A stretch of 64,000 bases of DNA from Chloroflexota bacterium (GCA_026707585.1 JAPOWQ010000025.1:120398-184397); one strand, 5' to 3'. Counted from the first letter of the stretch, positions 39,680-49,905 are shown. The notes: generated by a model not told the origin, from the letters alone. Made by a program: numbers and translations.

Positions 39680-40266
39680 TCGCCGAACTCCACGGCAAGG
39701 TCACCGAGCGCCGCGCGGAAAGCCTGGTCGTCCTGGCTGAGGGCACCGGCATCGGCCTCGAAGTCATCGTCCCGGCCCGCTCATTGGTCGATCCGGGTGA
39801 TGGGATTCACCTCTTCACCTCGCTCCACGTCGCCGCCGACGGCCCCCTGCTGACCGGCTTTGAGTCGCCCGAAGAGCTACGCGTCTTCAAGGCCCTGCTC
39901 AACGTCAACGGCGTCGGGCCTCGCATGGCCGTGCGCGTGCTCTCCACCCACCCCGCCGGCCGCATCTACGAGGCCCTCGACCAGGAAGACCCCAAGCCCT
40001 TCCAGGCTGTCTCAGGCATTGGCGCTCGCACCGCCAACCGCATCATCCTGGAACTGCGCGGCAAGCTGGTTCCTGAAGACAGGGCCCCAGCCGAAGCGGA
40101 GCAAGACGAAAGCACCCACGAAGTGCTGGAAGCCCTCCTCGGCCTCGGCTACACCCGCACCGAGGCCACCATCGCGCTCAATCAGACCGTCGGCGAAGTC
40201 ATGTCCGTCGAAGCCCGCATCGCCGCCGCCTTGCGTGACCTTGGCTCCCGAGGCCGTCCCGCATGA
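39676..40266 (+). CDS. ruvA: Holliday junction branch migration protein RuvA
   Basis: [38 protein letters not shown]. Confidence 0.95.
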   Translation: MIAELHGKVTERRAESLVVLAEGTGIGLEVIVPARSLVDPGDGIHLFTSLHVAADGPLLTGFESPEELRVFKALLNVNGVGPRMAVRVLSTHPAGRIYEALDQEDPKPFQAVSGIGARTANRIILELRGKLVPEDRAPAEAEQDESTHEVLEALLGLGYTRTEATIALNQTVGEVMSVEARIAAALRDLGSRGRPA

Positions 40267-41297
40267 CCGAGCGCGTTGTCGCCGTTGAATCCGCCGCGGG
40301 CGACCAGCGTCTCGACCGCGCCCTCCGTCCCCGTGACCTCTCGGACGACGAGTTCATCGGCCAGGAAGGCGTCAAGCGCGCCCTGCGCCTCATGATCCTG
40401 GCAGCCAAGCAGCGTGAGGAACCCGTCGACCACATCCTCCTCGGCGGCCCCCCGGGCCTCGGCAAAACCACCCTCGCCCACATCGTCGCCACCGAGATGG
40501 GTGGTCGCCTCCGCGTTACCTCGGGCCCCGCCCTCGAACGCCCCGGCGACCTTGCCTCCACCCTCAGCAGTCTCGATGCCGCCGAAGTCCTCTTCATCGA
40601 CGAAATCCACCGCCTCGGCAAGACCGTCGAGGAGATCCTTTATCCCGCCATGGAAGACTTCGCCCTCGACATCGTCGTCGGCGCCGGGAAGGCCAGCGCT
40701 CGAACCTACCGCTTGGCCCTTCCCCACTTCACGGTCATCGGCGCAACCACCAGCGCCGGCTCGCTCACCTCCGCGCTCCGTGACCGCTTCGGCGCCGTCC
40801 ACCGCCTCGAGTTCTATAGCCCTGACGAGTGCGCCCGCATCGTCCAGCGCTCAGCCACAATCCTTGACGTCCCCATCACGGACGCGGGCGCCCTCGCCAT
40901 CGCCCGCCGCTCCCGCGGGACCGCCCGCGTCTGCAACCGCCTGCTCCGCCGCGTGCGCGACTTTGCCCAGGTCGAAGCCGACGGCGTCATTACCGATACC
41001 GTCGCTGCCCAGGCCCTCGCCGAACTGGATGTCGACCACCAGGGCCTCGACGCCATGGACCGCCGCATCCTCACCACACTCATGGATGCCTTCGGCGGCG
41101 GCCCCGCCGGCCTCCAGGCCCTCGCGGCCACTCTGGCCGAAGACGTGCCCACCCTCGAGTCCTACTACGAACCCTTCCTCCTCCAGGCCGGCTTCATCGC
41201 GCGTACCCCCCGCGGCCGCGTCGTCACCCGCCTCGCCTACACACACCTCAACCGCGAGCCTCCGCGCACCGCGCCCGAACAGGCCGCGCTGCTCTGA
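40263..41297 (+). CDS. ruvB: Holliday junction helicase RuvB
   Basis: [37 protein letters not shown]. Confidence 0.97.
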   Translation: MTERVVAVESAAGDQRLDRALRPRDLSDDEFIGQEGVKRALRLMILAAKQREEPVDHILLGGPPGLGKTTLAHIVATEMGGRLRVTSGPALERPGDLASTLSSLDAAEVLFIDEIHRLGKTVEEILYPAMEDFALDIVVGAGKASARTYRLALPHFTVIGATTSAGSLTSALRDRFGAVHRLEFYSPDECARIVQRSATILDVPITDAGALAIARRSRGTARVCNRLLRRVRDFAQVEADGVITDTVAAQALAELDVDHQGLDAMDRRILTTLMDAFGGGPAGLQALAATLAEDVPTLESYYEPFLLQAGFIARTPRGRVVTRLAYTHLNREPPRTAPEQAALL

Positions 41298-41298
41298 C

Positions 41299-41595
41299 GT
41301 GGAACCCGCCGCCCTGCGCCCCCAGCGGCTCCGTGCCACCATCCGCGGCCGCGTGCAGGGTGTTGGCTTCCGCTTCTTCGTCGCCCGCGTCGGTCGACGC
41401 CTCAACCTCTGCGGCCATGTCCGCAACCTCCCGGGTGGACGTCGCGTGGAAGTAGTCGCCCAGGGCCCGCGCCCCGCGCTCGACGCGCTCGTCCAACAGT
41501 TGCGGGCTGGACCGCCCCTCGCCATCGTCGAATCGGTTACTGTGGCGTGGGAAGCGCCCGCCGGCGACTTGCCGGCGTTCGCGATTCGCGCCTAG
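41299..41595 (+). CDS. acyP: Acylphosphatase
   Basis: GRVQGVGFR, GHVRN, VEVVAQG; GTG start at 41299. Confidence 0.9.
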   Translation: MEPAALRPQRLRATIRGRVQGVGFRFFVARVGRRLNLCGHVRNLPGGRRVEVVAQGPRPALDALVQQLRAGPPLAIVESVTVAWEAPAGDLPAFAIRA

Positions 41596-41602
41596 GGACC
41601 AG

Positions 41603-42847
41603 GTGATGCAGCGCCTCCCCAACTCCCGAACGCACACGCGCGGGGTTCTCGCTCCGCCGCGTGAGCGCCACCGTGGTATGCAGGCGTTCGCCTGGGTGTC
41701 GTTGTTCGTGGCCGTGGGCCTGCTGGCCGCCGCCATCGTCTATTTGCCCCGTGGCGTTGCCGCCCTGTTCAGCGGTGTCAGCGAGTCCCGTCCCATCTCG
41801 GCCACCGTGCTCGAAGGAACCGTCCTCGTCCAGCCCCCCGCCACCGCCACCTGGCAGGGCATGGCGTCCCGCGCCGATCTCGCCGAAGGCACGCGCCTCC
41901 TCACCGACGACCGATCGCGAGCCTTCCTGCGCACCCGCGAGGGCTCCACCGTGCTCCTCTACAACGACGCCGAACTCGCCGTCCAGCGCATGCAATACGG
42001 GCGCTTCAATCCCGCCCTGCAGGACAGCGTCCTGCGACTCTTCCAGGGACGCGTCCAGATCGGCGTGGCGCTGCACCCGGCCGCGCCCGACCGGCGAATC
42101 AGCCTGTTGGCTGGCGAGGGCCGCCTGGACCTCGGAACCGGCACCTATCGGATTGAGATGGAACCCGACGGCGCGGTGCACCTGAGCGTGCGGCAGGGCG
42201 CTGCCTTGGTTTGGCTCGGCAGTCGCGTCCTGGAAGCCCCCGCGGGCCGGCGCGTCGTGCTTACCCCCGCCGAGACCATCATCGGGCCGCTCCCGCTCGA
42301 ACGCGACCTGGTTCGTGATCCTCTCCTTGAGCGCCTGGCCGATGCCTCGGCCTGGAGCGCCTTTGTCGTCACCGAAGCCGGCGCCCCCGGCACCGTCAAC
42401 TCGCGGCCAGACGGCGTTTGGTTTGAGCGTCAGACCGCCGATGGCGCCACCGACCGCCACGGCGAAAGCGGCATTGTCCAGGAGCTGGATCGCGACGTTC
42501 GCGACTACGTCAACCTGCGCCTCCGCACCGACGTCCGCGCGGACCACCAGAGCCTCTCCGGCGGCGGCACCGCTGGCACCGAATACCCCCTCATGCTGCG
42601 CCTCACCTACCTCGACGCCGACGGCCGCGAGCAGATCTGGGCCACGGGCTTCTACCACCAGAACGACGCCGGCCTCAGCGTCAAGCTCGGACGCAACATC
42701 CCCCCCGGCGAATGGATCACCTTCGACCACCCCACGCTGCTGCAGGAAATCCGGCCCGCACCCGTTCGCCTCCGCCGGATCGAAGTCCTCGGCAGCGGCT
42801 GGGAGTACCGCTCCGCTGTCCGCCGCGTGGAGCTCACCGGCTATTAG
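41603..42847 (+). CDS. Membrane-anchored FecR-like domain protein with C-terminal beta-sandwich
   Basis: TM helix, GTRLLTDDRSRAFL...GSTVLLYND, LRLFQGRV, LSVRQG. Confidence 0.7.
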   Translation: MMQRLPNSRTHTRGVLAPPRERHRGMQAFAWVSLFVAVGLLAAAIVYLPRGVAALFSGVSESRPISATVLEGTVLVQPPATATWQGMASRADLAEGTRLLTDDRSRAFLRTREGSTVLLYNDAELAVQRMQYGRFNPALQDSVLRLFQGRVQIGVALHPAAPDRRISLLAGEGRLDLGTGTYRIEMEPDGAVHLSVRQGAALVWLGSRVLEAPAGRRVVLTPAETIIGPLPLERDLVRDPLLERLADASAWSAFVVTEAGAPGTVNSRPDGVWFERQTADGATDRHGESGIVQELDRDVRDYVNLRLRTDVRADHQSLSGGGTAGTEYPLMLRLTYLDADGREQIWATGFYHQNDAGLSVKLGRNIPPGEWITFDHPTLLQEIRPAPVRLRRIEVLGSGWEYRSAVRRVELTGY

Positions 42848-43226
42848 CCCCGCCAATCCACGCCTCGCCGCCGGCGTCGACGCCATTGAAATCGCTCGCA
42901 TCCAGGCCGCCCTGAATCGCTTCGGCGACCGGTTCCTGCGCCGCATCTACACCGAGCGCGAACAGCGCTATTGCCGCGGCCGCGCCGAAGAGCTCGCCGC
43001 CCGCTTCGCCGGCAAGGAAGCCATCTCCAAGGCCCTCGGCACTGGCATGCGCGGCGTCCTCTGGCGCGAGCTCGAAATCTTGAACGACCGCCGTGGCAAG
43101 CCCACCGTGCACCTCCACGGCGCCGCCGCCGCCCGCGCCCGAGAACTCGGACTCACCGCCTTCGAAATCAGCCTCACGCACAGCCGCGAACTCGCCATCG
43201 CTTTCGTCGTCGCCACCGCGGACTGA
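42843..43226 (+). CDS. acpS: Holo-ACP synthase
   Basis: GVDAIEIARI, F..RIYT..E, AARFAGKEA..KALGTG, ISLTHS; no nearby canonical start, ATT 42843 proposed. Confidence 0.93.
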   Translation: MSPANPRLAAGVDAIEIARIQAALNRFGDRFLRRIYTEREQRYCRGRAEELAARFAGKEAISKALGTGMRGVLWRELEILNDRRGKPTVHLHGAAAARARELGLTAFEISLTHSRELAIAFVVATAD

Positions 43227-43231
43227 CTACT

Positions 43232-44788
43232 GTGATCGGAGCACGCGGCGCGGGATCCGGCCCCGCCTTCAGTCGCGTCGTCGACGCGGCCGAGATGCGC
43301 GCCCTCGAATCCCAGGCGCCCCCCGGCGTCAACCTCATGGAAAACGCCGGCCACGCCATTGCCGCCGCCATCCTTCGGCGCACCGGCGCCCTGGGCGCCC
43401 GCGGCGTCGTCGTGCTGGTGGGACCTGGCGACAACGGCGGCGACGCCCTGATCGCCGCCGCCCGCCTCGCCGCCACCGGCGCGCGCGCCACCGCCTGGGC
43501 CTCCCGTCAGCGTCCCGACGATCCGCTCATAGCCGCCGCAACCGCCCGCGGCGTTCGCTGGCGCGTGTGGAACGCCAACCCCCGTCCGCTCGTCGATGAC
43601 GTTCGCCGGGCGGCCTGCCTCGTGGATGGACTTCTCGGCATCGGCAGCAGCCCCCCGCTGCGCGGTCCCATCGCCGACATCCTCGCTGCCCTGCCGGATG
43701 TGGCCGGGCAGACCCGCCTAGCCGTCGACATCCCAAGCGGCATCGACGCCGACACCGGTGCCGCCGACCCCGCCACCTTCCGCGCGCACCTCACCCTCGC
43801 TACCGGTCCGATCAAGCTCGGCGCGCTGCTGCACCCCGCCATCGAGTTCACCGGCCGCCAGATCGCGTTGGACATCGGCCTGCCCGCCCACACCTACGCG
43901 TCGCTTCGAACCTCGCGCATCAACGCCCGTACGGTGCGCCGTCTCCTGCCCCCTCGTCCGCTGGATGGTCATAAGGGCACCTTCGGACGGCTAGCCATCG
44001 TGGCCGGCTCAGCGCGCTACCGCGGGGCCGCCGCCCTGGCCACTGTCGCGGCATTGCGTGCCGGCGCCGGTCTCGTCACCCTCGCGTCGGTCGAACCGGC
44101 CTGCGCCGTAGCCGCCGCCCAGGCGCCCGCCGCCACCTTCGTCCCGCTGGCAGCCTCGCCTTCAGGGCAGGTGCGGGCCACCGCCGCCGACGTCGCGGCA
44201 TCGTTCGCCCGGCCCTCCGCCCTCCTGCTCGGTCCCGGCCTGGGCCGCGGCGACGCCACCGACACACTGGTCTACGGCCTGCTCGACACGTTGCCTGATA
44301 CCCCCACCGTCATCGACGCCGACGGCCTCAACGCCCTCGCCGACCGAGCCGACCGCCTGGAATCGCTCGGCCCGCGCTGCGTCCTCACCCCCCATCCAGG
44401 CGAACTTGCGCGGCTGCTGCGTCTGCCCTCGCCGCCCCCGGGCCGTCAACGCCTCGCGGCGGCCCAGGACCTGGCCGCCCAAACCGGGGCCACCATCGTC
44501 GCCAAGGGTTCGCCCACCTTCGTCTGCTCGGCCGACAGGGTATGGATCCTTGCCCGGCCCAACCCCGCCCTCGCCGCCGCCGGCTCGGGCGACGTACTCG
44601 CCGGCGCCATCGCCTCCCTATTGGCGCAGGGCCTGACACCCACGGCATCCGCCCGCCTCGGCGTCTGGATCCACAGCCGCGCCGCCCGCATCGCCAGTGG
44701 CCACGACGATCGCGGTGTCCCTTTGGAACAGGTCGCGGACGCGCTCAGACCCGCCGTCAACCGGCGGCCTGCAGGGCCCTGGCGCTGA
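43232..44788 (+). CDS. nnr: Bifunctional NAD(P)HX epimerase/dehydratase
   Basis: LMENAG, GPGDNGGD, AVDIPSG, HKGTFG, GPGLG, IDADGLN, LTPHPGE, AGSGDVLAG. Confidence 0.93.
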   Translation: MIGARGAGSGPAFSRVVDAAEMRALESQAPPGVNLMENAGHAIAAAILRRTGALGARGVVVLVGPGDNGGDALIAAARLAATGARATAWASRQRPDDPLIAAATARGVRWRVWNANPRPLVDDVRRAACLVDGLLGIGSSPPLRGPIADILAALPDVAGQTRLAVDIPSGIDADTGAADPATFRAHLTLATGPIKLGALLHPAIEFTGRQIALDIGLPAHTYASLRTSRINARTVRRLLPPRPLDGHKGTFGRLAIVAGSARYRGAAALATVAALRAGAGLVTLASVEPACAVAAAQAPAATFVPLAASPSGQVRATAADVAASFARPSALLLGPGLGRGDATDTLVYGLLDTLPDTPTVIDADGLNALADRADRLESLGPRCVLTPHPGELARLLRLPSPPPGRQRLAAAQDLAAQTGATIVAKGSPTFVCSADRVWILARPNPALAAAGSGDVLAGAIASLLAQGLTPTASARLGVWIHSRAARIASGHDDRGVPLEQVADALRPAVNRRPAGPWR

Positions 44789-44820
44789 GGCTGGCGCCGG
44801 CCGCGCCGGCGGCGCTGGCC

Positions 44821-45306
44821 TCAGTCCGGTGCGCCGTAGGTCTCCCACAGCTCCGTCACCAGCGACTCCGCCGTGGCGTGCTCGAACCCCCGCCGCACCA
44901 GGAACGCCCCCAACCGCTGCCGAAACTCCCCAAACCCGCGTCCCTGCAACCGCCCCGCCTGCCGCTCCGCCACCGGCCGCGCAACGGCCATTTCGTCGCC
45001 GTACCAGTGCTCGAGCGCCTCCCGCACCACCTCGTCGCTCACACCCTTGGCCCGCAACTCGTCCTCCACCAATCGCAGCCCGCGCGCCCGGCCCTGCCGG
45101 CGCGATTGGATCACCGCCGCCGCGAACTCGGCGTCATCCACATAGCCCAACGCCCGCAGCCGCTCCAGCACGCCTTCGATGTCCTCGTCGTCCACCCCGC
45201 GCGACGCTAACCGCCGGCGCACCTCCGCTTCCGAACGCGCGCGTGACGCCAGAAACCGCAGGGCCATGGCCATCGGATCGGCGCGCTGGCCGCGACGGAC
45301 CCCCAC
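44821..45306 (-). CDS. recX: Regulatory protein RecX
   Basis: ALRFLASRARSEAEVRRRL, GYVDDAEFA, ELRAKGV, FLVRRGF. Confidence 0.9.
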   Translation of the reverse strand: MGVRRGQRADPMAMALRFLASRARSEAEVRRRLASRGVDDEDIEGVLERLRALGYVDDAEFAAAVIQSRRQGRARGLRLVEDELRAKGVSDEVVREALEHWYGDEMAVARPVAERQAGRLQGRGFGEFRQRLGAFLVRRGFEHATAESLVTELWETYGAPD

Positions 45307-45318
45307 GTGGCGGTGGGC

Positions 45319-45987
45319 TTAGTCCCCGCTCTGGTCGCCTGGGCCGCGGCTGCCAATCAGTTCCGGCCACGGCGCCAGGCGACGTTCCGTGCCGGCAAAC
45401 AGGCGCTGCAGATTGTCCAGGTGCTGGGACGTCAGGAACACCACGAACACCGCAACCAGCGTCACGTGAAATCCGGTCACGCCCCAGCCCAGCGCGTAAA
45501 ACGCGATCGCTCCCACCAGAAACCCCAGGGCCCCCACCAACGACCCCAGCGAGACGTAGCGGCCAATTGCGACCGTTGCTAGTCCCACCGGAAAGCCGAC
45601 CACGGCCGCCAGCGGCGCCAGCGCAATCACCGCCCCCGAGCTCGTCGCCACCCCGCGGCCGCCGCGCAGGCCAATGAATACCGACCAGTTGTGACCCACC
45701 GCCGTCAGCACCGCCACGATCAGCGGCACCAGTTGCAGGTCCCCAACCAGCAGCCGCGCAACCAGCGTCGGCACAAACCCCTTCAGCATGTCGCCCACGA
45801 ACACAATCACCGCTGCCCCGCGACCTGCCGTGCGGTACACGTTGGTCGCGCCCGAGCGACGGCTCCCGTGCTCAAAGATATTCACGCCAAAACCGATGCG
45901 GCACACCAACCAGCCCATCGGCACCGCACCCACCAGGTACGCCCCGACCAGCAGGCCAACGACCTGGATGCCTTGGATCGTCGTCAC
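45319..45987 (-). CDS. plsY: Glycerol-3-phosphate acyltransferase
   Basis: AYLVGAVP, GS...GATNVYR, DMLKG, GHNWS...GGRGVAT, H..NL.RL..GTE. Confidence 0.95.
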   Translation of the reverse strand: MTTIQGIQVVGLLVGAYLVGAVPMGWLVCRIGFGVNIFEHGSRRSGATNVYRTAGRGAAVIVFVGDMLKGFVPTLVARLLVGDLQLVPLIVAVLTAVGHNWSVFIGLRGGRGVATSSGAVIALAPLAAVVGFPVGLATVAIGRYVSLGSLVGALGFLVGAIAFYALGWGVTGFHVTLVAVFVVFLTSQHLDNLQRLFAGTERRLAPWPELIGSRGPGDQSGD

Positions 45988-46065
45988 CGGGAGTGCCCCA
46001 CAACCCGACGAGTTTCCGCCAGCTTCGGCCCGTCGTGCGCGGCTGTCAAACTAGAAACGCGCACC

Positions 46066-47421
46066 TCAAGTCGACCGCAAACTCAGGCGCATCGGCGTTC
46101 CGTCAAACCCGAACTCCTGCCGCAGCCCGTTCTCCAGGTACCGCACATAACTCCGATGCACGTGTTCGGGATTCGAGAAAAACAGCGCGAACTCCGGCGG
46201 CGCGACCCCGGTCTGCGTCGCGTACTTGAATCGTGCCGCTCGACCGCGCCGCGACGGCAAGTCGCGCCGGCCCACCCAGGCACGCAGAAAAGCATTCAGG
46301 CGCGACGTCGCAATCCGCCGCCGCCGTGTCCGGTGAATCTCCAGCGCCATGGGCAGCACGTGGTCCAGGTTGCGGCCCGTCCTGGCCGAAATCCGCACCA
46401 ATGGGCTCTGTGGCAGGAAGTGAAAGATGCGCCCCAGGTGGTGCTCTACCCGCGCCACGGCTTCCTTCCCGCGCACCAGGTCCCACTTGTTGGCCGCCAC
46501 CGTGACTCCCTTGCCGGCGTCCAGCACAAAACCGGCCACGTGCGCATCCTGCTGCGTGGGGCCTTCAAACGCGTCGATCACCACCACCCCCACGTCCGCG
46601 TGCTGCATCGAGCGCATCGCCCGCAGCACGCTGTGCTGCTCGATGCCCCGCTCGATGTGTCCCCGACGGCGAATACCCGCCGTGTCCACCAGCCACACCT
46701 CGTGGCCTTCCCACTCCACCAGCGTATCCACGCTGTCGCGCGTTGTCCCCGGCGCGTCGTGCACCAGCGCCCGCGCCTCGCCCAGCAGCGCGTTCAGCAG
46801 CGACGACTTGCCCACGTTCGGCCGACCCACAATCGCAATCCGCGGCCGTGTATCCGCCACCGCCCGGTACTCAGTCCCTGGCAGCCGATCGGCCATCGCG
46901 TCCAGCAGGTCGCCCGTCGCCGTCCCGTGCATGGCCGAAATCGCCATCGGATCGCCCAGCCCCAGAGCGTAGAACTCCGGTACCCGGTCCCGATGCTGCG
47001 GCGCGTCCACCTTGTTCACCACCAGCAGGTGCGGACGCCCCGCCCGCAGCACCTCGCGCGCCACCGTCTGGTCCAGTTCGGTCGGCCCCGTGGTCGCGTC
47101 GGTCACGATCAGCGCCAGGTCGGCCTCCGCCGCCGCCAGCCGCGCCTGCGCCTCCGCGTGCGCGGCCACCGGCGCCGGATCCCGCCAGGCGATGCCCGCC
47201 GTGTCCACGATCGCCAGGCCACGCCCCCGCCACTCGATCTCCCCGTATATCCGATCCCGCGTCGTGCCCGGCTGATCCGCCACCACCGCCACCCGCGAGC
47301 CCATCAGCCGGTTGAACAGCGTGGACTTGCCCACGTTGGGACGCCCCACAATCGCCACCAGCGCCGCGCCGCCGGCCACCGTGGAGGCAGGGCTCAAATT
47401 GCCCGCGCTCTCGCTAGCCAT
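46066..47421 (-). CDS. der: Ribosome biogenesis GTPase Der
   Basis: Two G domains (GRPNVGKS, DTAG, NKxD) and a KH-like C-terminus. Confidence 0.96.
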   Translation of the reverse strand: MASESAGNLSPASTVAGGAALVAIVGRPNVGKSTLFNRLMGSRVAVVADQPGTTRDRIYGEIEWRGRGLAIVDTAGIAWRDPAPVAAHAEAQARLAAAEADLALIVTDATTGPTELDQTVAREVLRAGRPHLLVVNKVDAPQHRDRVPEFYALGLGDPMAISAMHGTATGDLLDAMADRLPGTEYRAVADTRPRIAIVGRPNVGKSSLLNALLGEARALVHDAPGTTRDSVDTLVEWEGHEVWLVDTAGIRRRGHIERGIEQHSVLRAMRSMQHADVGVVVIDAFEGPTQQDAHVAGFVLDAGKGVTVAANKWDLVRGKEAVARVEHHLGRIFHFLPQSPLVRISARTGRNLDHVLPMALEIHRTRRRRIATSRLNAFLRAWVGRRDLPSRRGRAARFKYATQTGVAPPEFALFFSNPEHVHRSYVRYLENGLRQEFGFDGTPMRLSLRST

Positions 47422-48097
47422 ACGGTCCCCGATAGCTCGGCGGCATGTTCGCGGCAATCGCCCGCATAATGCGCTCGCCCGCCTCCTGGAGTTCCGCGGC
47501 GGGGATCCGGCCCGGACGCTGTCCCAGGTCTAGCGGTTCGCCAACCCGCAGGTTCACCGGCATCCGACCCTTCGTGAGCCGCCGCCGCCAGGAGAACGCT
47601 TCGGTGCCCCAGATCGACACCGGAATCACTGGTGCGCCAAGCTTCATGGCCGCGTACGCCGCCCCCGGTTGCGGCTCGCGTAACCTCCCGTCCCGGCTGC
47701 GCGTGCCCTCGGGATACATCATCATCGCCTGGCCGCTTCGCAGGATGCGCAGCATCTGCCGAATCGCCGGCAGGTCCATCCCGTCCCGACTCACCGGCAG
47801 CACGCCCCAGGCGCGGCAGAGCCACCCAACCGTCGCCGACTCCACCACCTCACGCTTCGCCATAAAGGTCAGGTACCGCCGCACGTACGAGCCGGTCAGA
47901 ATCGGGTCGAATTGCGTGAAATGGTTCGACGCCACGATGATCGCGCCCTCCTCGGGCACCTGTTCCACGCCCGCCACGCGCACCCGAAAGAGGAACGGAA
48001 ACACCACGAATCGTCCCAGCAACTGCCAGAACGCGTAGATCGTCCTGATGATCCACCGCGGTTCCCAGCTGGAGTCCCGGCGAGTCTTAGCACCCAT
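47414..48097 (-). CDS. plsC: 1-acyl-sn-glycerol-3-phosphate acyltransferase
   Basis: NHFTQFD (NH-x4-D), FMAK, YPEGTRS. Confidence 0.9.
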   Translation of the reverse strand: MGAKTRRDSSWEPRWIIRTIYAFWQLLGRFVVFPFLFRVRVAGVEQVPEEGAIIVASNHFTQFDPILTGSYVRRYLTFMAKREVVESATVGWLCRAWGVLPVSRDGMDLPAIRQMLRILRSGQAMMMYPEGTRSRDGRLREPQPGAAYAAMKLGAPVIPVSIWGTEAFSWRRRLTKGRMPVNLRVGEPLDLGQRPGRIPAAELQEAGERIMRAIAANMPPSYRGPYG

Positions 48098-48779
48098 GGC
48101 CCAGTCCGCGTTCTCGCAGCAAGACTGCAATCTGCGCGACAGTTTCCTCCGGGCTGCTGTCGTCGGAGTCGATCCGCACAGCGTCGGCGGCAGCCGCCAA
48201 CGGCGCGGCGGCGCGACTGCTGTCAATCCGATCCCGAGTCTCCAGCAAGTCGAGCACCCGCGCGAACGCAATGCGCTCGCCGTCCGCTCGCCGCTGTTGC
48301 CACTTGCGCAGCGCGCGAGTTTCAAGCGGCGCGTCCAGGTATACCTTCAACTCGGCTTCCGGCCATACCACCGTGCCAATGTCGCGCCCCAGCGCCACCA
48401 CGCCGCCCTGCCCGATCACCCGCCGCTGCTCCCCCAGCAGGTGCGCCCGCACTTCCGGCAGCCGCGATACGTCCGAGACAATCGCTTCCACCTCCGCGCT
48501 GTATACACCCTCCGTCACGTCCTCTCCGCCCGAAAGGACCCGTGTGCGGTACGCCCCTTCGGTTTCCGGCCGAAACTCCAGCTCCAGGTTCGCAATCGCG
48601 GGCACCACCTCGCCCGCGTCTCCCGGGTCCGCCCCGGCCCGCTGTGCGGCCAGCGCCGCCGCTCGGTAGAACAGCCCGCTATCCAGGCAAAGAAATCCGC
48701 AGCGCTCGGCCAGCAACTGCCCGACCGTGCTCTTCCCCGAACCCACTGGTCCGTCGATCGTGACCACGGGCGCTCGCAT
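48087..48779 (-). CDS. cmk: Cytidylate kinase
   Basis: TIDGPVGSGKST, LDSGLFYRA, GRDIGTVVWP, RDRIDSSR..APL. Confidence 0.96.
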   Translation of the reverse strand: MRAPVVTIDGPVGSGKSTVGQLLAERCGFLCLDSGLFYRAAALAAQRAGADPGDAGEVVPAIANLELEFRPETEGAYRTRVLSGGEDVTEGVYSAEVEAIVSDVSRLPEVRAHLLGEQRRVIGQGGVVALGRDIGTVVWPEAELKVYLDAPLETRALRKWQQRRADGERIAFARVLDLLETRDRIDSSRAAAPLAAAADAVRIDSDDSSPEETVAQIAVLLRERGLGHGC

Positions 48780-49089
48780 TAGGCGCACCAAACCCACAAA
48801 CACCCTCGGGGACGGTCGCCCAGTATAAAAACAGCCCACGCCCCGCCCGCGCCGCTCGCATGGGTCGGAGACCGCCTTCAAACCGCCCGCGGCGACACTC
48901 GACTCCTTCGCCGCGCCCGTCCCCGTCACCGCGGACTTCCGTCGAGTCGCTGGGTTACCCCTTCGGTCGCAGGGCTCCCACTCCCAATCCGCGTGCGCTG
49001 CACCGCCGTCGTTCCCTTTGCGAACCTCGGCTCCAGGTGCAAATATGGACCTATCGATCTGGTGCATGGGCGGCTGGAGATCACAAACC

Positions 49090-49326
49090 ATGGCTGCCCA
49101 CCCCGCCCCGCTCACTCGAGACGACCTGCGCGACGAACTCGATCGGGCCTTGGCCCACTACGCGACAAAGGCCGACCTCGCTGAATTGCGAGCTGTAGTC
49201 CACGCCACGCGCGCCGAGTTCAAGGCCGACCTCCACAGCCAGACCCGCTGGATGGTGATCGCCGTCCTCGGTTCCGTCAGCGCCGCTTCCGCCGTCACCG
49301 GCCTGATCGTCCGCTTCTTCAGCTAA
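49090..49326 (+). CDS. Small coiled-coil protein with C-terminal membrane anchor (DUF1640/CCDC90-like), copy 1
   Basis: GGAG SD; YATKADL motif, coiled coil, RWMVIAVLG TM. Confidence 0.8.
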   Translation: MAAHPAPLTRDDLRDELDRALAHYATKADLAELRAVVHATRAEFKADLHSQTRWMVIAVLGSVSAASAVTGLIVRFFS

Positions 49327-49448
49327 ACGCCGGGCACGGAACGCATCGCGATCGCGGCCAGGCCCGCAACGTTGGCCCGCCAGCTCTCCCGGCTCCATCT
49401 CCGCCGGACCGGCGGAGACCCTGCGGCCGACTAGCGCCCTGCGCCCAA

Positions 49449-49478
49449 TTGACCCAAAAAACGCAGTCCTCCTAGACT
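49449..49478 (+). promoter_or_regulatory. Sigma70-type promoter for copy 2
   Basis: TTGACC-N18-TAGACT, 82 bp upstream of the ATG at 49561. Confidence 0.6.
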
Positions 49479-49560
49479 CGCTCAACGTGAGGGGCGGCTC
49501 GCAGGCTTTCTTGTAGGCCCGGTGCTGCGGAAAATCAGGGCCCCCGACACGGAGGAATCG

Positions 49561-49905
49561 ATGACGGTAGACCTGACCGCCATCGAGATCGAACGTCGGT
49601 TGACGGCGATCGAGTCCCAACTGCCGACATTCGCGACCAAAGCCGACATCCAATCGATCAGGGCTGACCTGCAGGCCTTTCGCGCCGAATGGAAGTCGGA
49701 CCTCGGCGGCGTCGCAGCTGAGCTTAATGCCGCGCGTGCCGAATGGAAGGCCGACCTCGGCGCCGTCACGGCCGAGCTGCACGCTGCACGCGCCGAGTGG
49801 AAGTCCGATCTCCACAGCCTGACCCGTTGGATGGTGATTGCCGTCCTCGGTTCCGTCACCGCCGCCGCGGCCGTCACCGGCCTCATCGTTCGCTTCTTCA
49901 GCTAA
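49561..49905 (+). CDS. DUF1640/CCDC90-like coiled-coil membrane protein, copy 2
   Basis: GGAGG SD; FATKADI; 18-aa repeats; same TM tail as copy 1. Confidence 0.82.
   Translation: MTVDLTAIEIERRLTAIESQLPTFATKADIQSIRADLQAFRAEWKSDLGGVAAELNAARAEWKADLGAVTAELHAARAEWKSDLHSLTRWMVIAVLGSVTAAAAVTGLIVRFFS
49681..49812 (+). repeat. 54-bp coding tandem repeat (about 2.4 units)
   Basis: Units start at 49681, 49735 and 49789: RAEWKSDLGGVAAELNAA / RAEWKADLGAVTAELHAA / RAEWKSDL. Confidence 0.9.

Noticed and set aside
48862-48915. tRNA-Sec-like words (TTCAAA, TCGACTCC)
   Set aside because: No anticodon or acceptor stem can be formed around them.
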